Assembly (NCBI GenBank): GCA_963702695.1
Contig: CAVPDS010000008.1
Location: forward strand, 85,979 to 149,978
Reading direction: 5' to 3'
Origin: an uncultured Alphaproteobacteria bacterium
Lineage (GTDB): Bacteria; Pseudomonadota; Alphaproteobacteria; Rhizobiales; Xanthobacteraceae
DNA: 64,000 nt
Shown: positions 60,476 to 64,000 of the stretch, piece after piece
How the letters are laid out: every line of letters starts with the position of its first letter
Position numbering within the stretch: position 1 is the first letter of the stretch
Notes under the pieces: model-generated
What the model saw: only the letters and a program-made list of their open reading frames with translations
Databases searched by the model: none
What the model was told of the DNA's origin: nothing
Position numbers and translations under genes: made by a program

Positions 60476-61453
60476 ATGACGATGCTCGCTCGCGCGATCA
60501 CCGCTGCGCTCTTCGCGACCGGAAGCTTCGCGATCGTGCCTTCCGCGCTGGCTCAGACCTACCCCAGCCATCCGATCCACCTCGTCGTGCCTTACGCTCC
60601 CGGCGGTACCGGTGACATCGTCGCGCGGCTGATGTCGGACAAACTCAGCGCCGCGCTCGGGCAAACGGTCGTGGTGGAGAATCGTGCCGGCGCCAGCGGC
60701 GCGATCGGCTCGCAAGGCGTTGTGAACGCCGCGCCCGACGGACACACGCTGCTGGTCGGCCAGACCGCCGAGGTCGCGATCAATCATCATTTCTTCAAAG
60801 GCCTCGGCTACGACCCCGACCGCGATCTGCAGCCGATCGCGCTTGCCGCCGTCGTTCCGCTCGCCCTCGTCATCCCCGGCAGCGCGCACTACTCGACGGT
60901 GACGGACATGCTCAAGGCGGCGGGACCGAAGGGGCTTTCGTTTGCGTCTGCCGGCACCGGAACGCCCGGCCACTTCGCTGGCGAACTGCTCAAGCTCCGG
61001 ACCAACAGCAACTTCACGCACGTGCCTTACAAAGGTGCGGGACCGGCGCTCAATGACCTGCTCGGCGGTCACGTCGATATGTTCTTCTCCGGCTTCCCGG
61101 CCGCGGTGCCGCAGGTCAAGGCCGGCACGCTGAAGCTCATCGCGGTCTCCTCGGCCAAGCGTTCGACCGCAGCGCCTGATGTGCCGACGGTGGCGGAAGC
61201 CACCGGCATCAAGGATTTCGACATCACGCTCTGGGTGGGTTTCTTCGCGCCGCGGGCGACGCCGAAGGCAGTGGTCGCGCGGCTCAACACGGAAATCAAC
61301 AAAATCCTCGAGCAGCCGGATATCCGGCAAAGACTGCGCGACGACGGCGCCGAGGTGATGCCGGGCTCGGTCGATCAGTTCGCTGCCTTCGTGCAGGCCG
61401 AGAGCGCCAAATACGTCGCGATCATCAAGGACACCGGCGTCACGCCGGATTAG
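60476..61453 (+). CDS. Bug/TctC family tripartite tricarboxylate transporter substrate-binding protein
   Basis: YPSHPIHLVVPYAPGGTGDIVARL...VENRAGASG...FASAGTGTPGHFAGELL...HVPYKGAGPALNDLLGGHVD. Confidence 0.9.
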   Translation: MTMLARAITAALFATGSFAIVPSALAQTYPSHPIHLVVPYAPGGTGDIVARLMSDKLSAALGQTVVVENRAGASGAIGSQGVVNAAPDGHTLLVGQTAEVAINHHFFKGLGYDPDRDLQPIALAAVVPLALVIPGSAHYSTVTDMLKAAGPKGLSFASAGTGTPGHFAGELLKLRTNSNFTHVPYKGAGPALNDLLGGHVDMFFSGFPAAVPQVKAGTLKLIAVSSAKRSTAAPDVPTVAEATGIKDFDITLWVGFFAPRATPKAVVARLNTEINKILEQPDIRQRLRDDGAEVMPGSVDQFAAFVQAESAKYVAIIKDTGVTPD

Positions 61454-61458
61454 CGTCC

Positions 61459-61890
61459 TCACGACGGCACATAGCCGATCGCTTCGACTTCGAGGCCGCA
61501 ATCCATCGGCGTGCGGCCGGCCTGCATGCGCGTGCGCGCGGGCAGCGTCTCCTGGCTGGTGAAATAGCTCCGATAGATGCGGTCGAATTCTTCCTGCTGG
61601 CGCTGGTCCTTGAGCCAGACGATCACCTTGAGCAGGCAGTCCATGTTCGATCCGGCCGCCTCGACCAGCTTCTTGAGATGATCCATGACGATGCGGACCT
61701 GCCGCTCGAACGGCAGGTCAGGGAACGGCGGAATCGGCAGGCCGTTGGCGCGCGCATCGCGGAGCTTGGAAGAATATTCTTCGTCGAACGGCGGCAGTCC
61801 GGAAATGAAGATCATGTCGCCATGGCGCACGCAGAGATTGAAGGGGCCGCCGGTCTCCGGCACGTCGGTCTTGATGACCTGCTTGTTCAT
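61459..61890 (-). CDS. RidA/YjgF family protein
   Basis: 143 aa from MNKQVIKTD (ATG 61888-61890). DMIFISGLPP...ARTRMQAG...LEVEAIGYV is a RidA-like C-terminus. Confidence 0.75.
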   Translation of the reverse strand: MNKQVIKTDVPETGGPFNLCVRHGDMIFISGLPPFDEEYSSKLRDARANGLPIPPFPDLPFERQVRIVMDHLKKLVEAAGSNMDCLLKVIVWLKDQRQQEEFDRIYRSYFTSQETLPARTRMQAGRTPMDCGLEVEAIGYVPS

Positions 61891-62224
61891 GCGCGTGTCC
61901 TGCGTGGCTGCACGATCGTGCGGTATCCGACCACGGCGCCTTGGCTGTGTCGACCGCTGCACAGGTTTTGATCATGGGTCGCGCGCGGCCCAATACTTGC
62001 GCACGGAACCAAGAACGGGGTTTGCTTCTTTTAGTCTTTGCGAGGCTCTCCCGCATCAGCGCCGTCAGCTCGCACGGGCAACGCTCGCAAGGCCATTGCC
62101 ATTGAAAATGTCGGATGGCCGACTTTGCAGGTTGCAAGATGCCGTCACCGGAGAGGCCGCGGTCGAGCCCCGCGTTGGAAGAACATCCATTCCGGCTGTT
62201 CAAACGACAGAGGGAGAATCCCCG

Positions 62225-62677
62225 ATGTGCGACTATAGCCTGCACCACGTCGCGACCCGGCCCGCCAAGACCGAAGACAAGCTCGTGACCACGAAATTCA
62301 CCAATTCCATCACTCGGGGGTTTACCGCCATCGGCGAGCCCAACGTCGCCGTATGCCTGCTCCCGGGCACTGAGATCGCGTTCATGTCGGACGTGGAGTG
62401 CGAACCGATGTTCGGTATCGGAATCCTCCCGACCAAGAAAGTCGGCCAGCGGGTCGCCCGCTTCCGACAAGTGAATACCGACCATCCGAATGTTCATCAC
62501 GATGCGCTCGAATTTCCCGATGGCCAGGTGGTACTGCTGACTAGGCTGTGTGCGGGTCAGACCGCCAGCGTGTTGCAATTGCCCGCGGCCGGTCACCCCG
62601 GCGAAACGGCAGAGCGTGCGGAAAACGCTGAACCCGCGCGCGTGACGCTCGACGAAGATCGCGACGCTTTCGTCTGA
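62225..62677 (+). CDS. Conserved hypothetical protein starting MCDYSL
   Basis: GAGGGAGA RBS upstream of ATG 62225. 150 aa with coding-like composition. The upstream 180 codons of the track ORF are rejected. Confidence 0.5.
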   Translation: MCDYSLHHVATRPAKTEDKLVTTKFTNSITRGFTAIGEPNVAVCLLPGTEIAFMSDVECEPMFGIGILPTKKVGQRVARFRQVNTDHPNVHHDALEFPDGQVVLLTRLCAGQTASVLQLPAAGHPGETAERAENAEPARVTLDEDRDAFV

Positions 62678-62822
62678 CCAGTCGCCCGCGATCGGCCCGG
62701 CGGTTGTTCACTCAGCCGCCGGTCGATGGCGAGGGGCAGTCGTTTCGTACCCGAATAAGCGCCCGGTCGTCCCGCTTTCGCGAGGACGGCGCGGTATGAG
62801 GGATTCCGTGTAAGATCGCCGG

Positions 62823-63317
62823 ATGAGACTCGCGACTGCCATCCTCGCCGCAGCTCTTTGTCTGGCGATCCATCCCGCGCGGGCCGGCACGGCCGACGAC
62901 GAGTTCCGCCGCGGCCTCGCCGCGTTCAACACCGGCGATTACAACACCGCACTTCAGGCATGGCGCCCATTAGCGCAGCGGGAAGACCCGCGTTCCGAGG
63001 CCGGTATCGGGTTCATGTATCACCGCGGCATGGGCGTGAGCGTCGACGACGACCAGGCCGCGTTCTGGCTTGAGCGCGCGGCGGAGCATGGCCAGGCCGA
63101 GGGCCAACTCATGCTTGGCATCCTGTTCTATTATGGACGCGGCGTCCCGCAGAGCTATGTCCGCTCGTATGCGTGGTGCGACCTCGCGGAGAGCGGCGGC
63201 AACGCCGATGCCACGCTCTGTCGTGACGCAGCGCTCGAAGCGATGCCGGATTCCGAGCGCGAGCAGGCGTTTCGTCTGGTGGTCGAACTGCGCGAACGCT
63301 ACGGCGCGCACCGATAA
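62823..63317 (+). CDS. Sel1-repeat (TPR-like) secreted protein
   Basis: Signal peptide MRLATAILAAALCLAIHPARA. Sel1 units (AGIGFMYHRGMGVSVDDDQAAFWLERAAEHG and EGQLMLGILFYYGRGVPQSYVRSYAW). Confidence 0.8.
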   Translation: MRLATAILAAALCLAIHPARAGTADDEFRRGLAAFNTGDYNTALQAWRPLAQREDPRSEAGIGFMYHRGMGVSVDDDQAAFWLERAAEHGQAEGQLMLGILFYYGRGVPQSYVRSYAWCDLAESGGNADATLCRDAALEAMPDSEREQAFRLVVELRERYGAHR

Positions 63318-63482
63318 CGCAGACAATCCCGTCCTCGTTGCGCTGACGTCCACTGCGAAAAACCCCTCGCGGGCGGCTCGCCATTCTGATTTAATACGGT
63401 TCTAAGCTTTGCGGGGCGAGGGAGCCGTGTCGGCGATTTTGTCGCTCGGCCCGGACCCATCGCCCCCGCATGGGAGGCGCTC

Positions 63483-64000
63483 ATGAAAAATCCTGAAATG
63501 CCCGACAGTCGGACTGCGCCTTGCGATGCCGATCGCAGGGAGACGAGTGGCACGCCGGCGAGCGTTCGCGCTTCGCGGCGTGAATTCATCAAGGGTGTGA
63601 TCGCTTCCGGCGTCGCCGTATCGGCCGCCGGCTACGTGGTGGTCGGCCGCGGCGGCGAGGCGTTCGCGCAGGCCGCCGGCACCGTCACCCGGCTCGTGAC
63701 GCTGAACGTCAACGGCCGCGACCGGCCGGTCGACGTGCTGCCGAACGAGACCTTGATCCATACGCTGCGCTACAAGCTCGGCCTCACCGGCACCAAGCTC
63801 GGCTGCGATCATTCCGAGTGCGGCAACTGCACGGTGATGCTCGACGACATTGCGAGCTATTCCTGCTCGACGCTCACCCACAGCGTGCGCGGTCGCAAGA
63901 TCGTCACCATCGAAGGCATCGAAGGACCGAATGGCGAGCTGCACCCGGTGCAGAAGGCCATGGTCGAAGAGCTCGGTCCGCAGTGCGGTTTCTGCACGTC
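63483..64000 (+). CDS. Tat-signal (2Fe-2S)-binding small subunit of a periplasmic molybdenum hydroxylase/aldehyde oxidoreductase, 3' end cut by window edge
   Basis: My own translation from ATG 63483 (GGGAGG upstream). Twin-arginine SRREFIKGVIASGVAVSAAG, first cluster CDHSECGNCTV, then QCGFCT at the window edge. Not in the ORF track because no stop is reached. Confidence 0.85.
   Translation, partial: MKNPEMPDSRTAPCDADRRETSGTPASVRASRREFIKGVIASGVAVSAAGYVVVGRGGEAFAQAAGTVTRLVTLNVNGRDRPVDVLPNETLIHTLRYKLGLTGTKLGCDHSECGNCTVMLDDIASYSCSTLTHSVRGRKIVTIEGIEGPNGELHPVQKAMVEELGPQCGFCT

Overview
High-GC (roughly mid-60s % by eye) alphaproteobacterial chromosome segment. Gene content, synteny and intergenic palindromic repeats look like Bradyrhizobium/Rhodopseudomonas-type (Nitrobacteraceae) genomes. 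All family calls rest on motifs I recognise in the translated ORFs; no searches were run. The window is mostly core metabolism: trmFO, alaS, icd, a split purine cluster (purC, purS, purQ, purL, purB), pyrE, bolA-grxD, rpsD, murI, rpe, ccdA, a six-gene branched-chain amino-acid ABC operon (livH-M-G-F, a small membrane protein, then the binding protein), hpaB plus a flavin reductase, a form II cox-like molybdoenzyme cluster (coxG-S-L-M-D-E plus xdhC), glutathione peroxidase, dienelactone hydrolase, two periplasmic binding proteins, and the start of a second Tat-exported 2Fe-2S/molybdoenzyme operon. I found no rRNA, intact tRNA or CRISPR array, and no coherent multi-gene novel system. The observations most worth a second look are these. 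(1) A roughly 1.1 kb non-coding stretch at 44.3-45.4 kb holds an internally deleted group II intron sitting directly behind an intrinsic terminator, followed by an AT-rich tract and a tRNA 3'-end-like remnant. (2) Four apparent indels lie within about 410 bp: one breaks the coxD 3' end and three break a DUF1311/LprI-like gene. (3) A perfect 4 x 56 bp tandem array of a hairpin element, which also occurs once elsewhere in the window in inverted orientation. (4) An orphan compact DUF2235/Tle1-like Ser-Asp-His hydrolase. (5) A TrmJ-DUF559 fusion ORF. (6) Accessory genes (Uma2 nuclease, arylmalonate-decarboxylase-like, Cys-rich membrane protein) inserted inside the pur cluster. Many long ORFs in the six-frame track are antisense or off-frame artefacts of high GC and are not reported.
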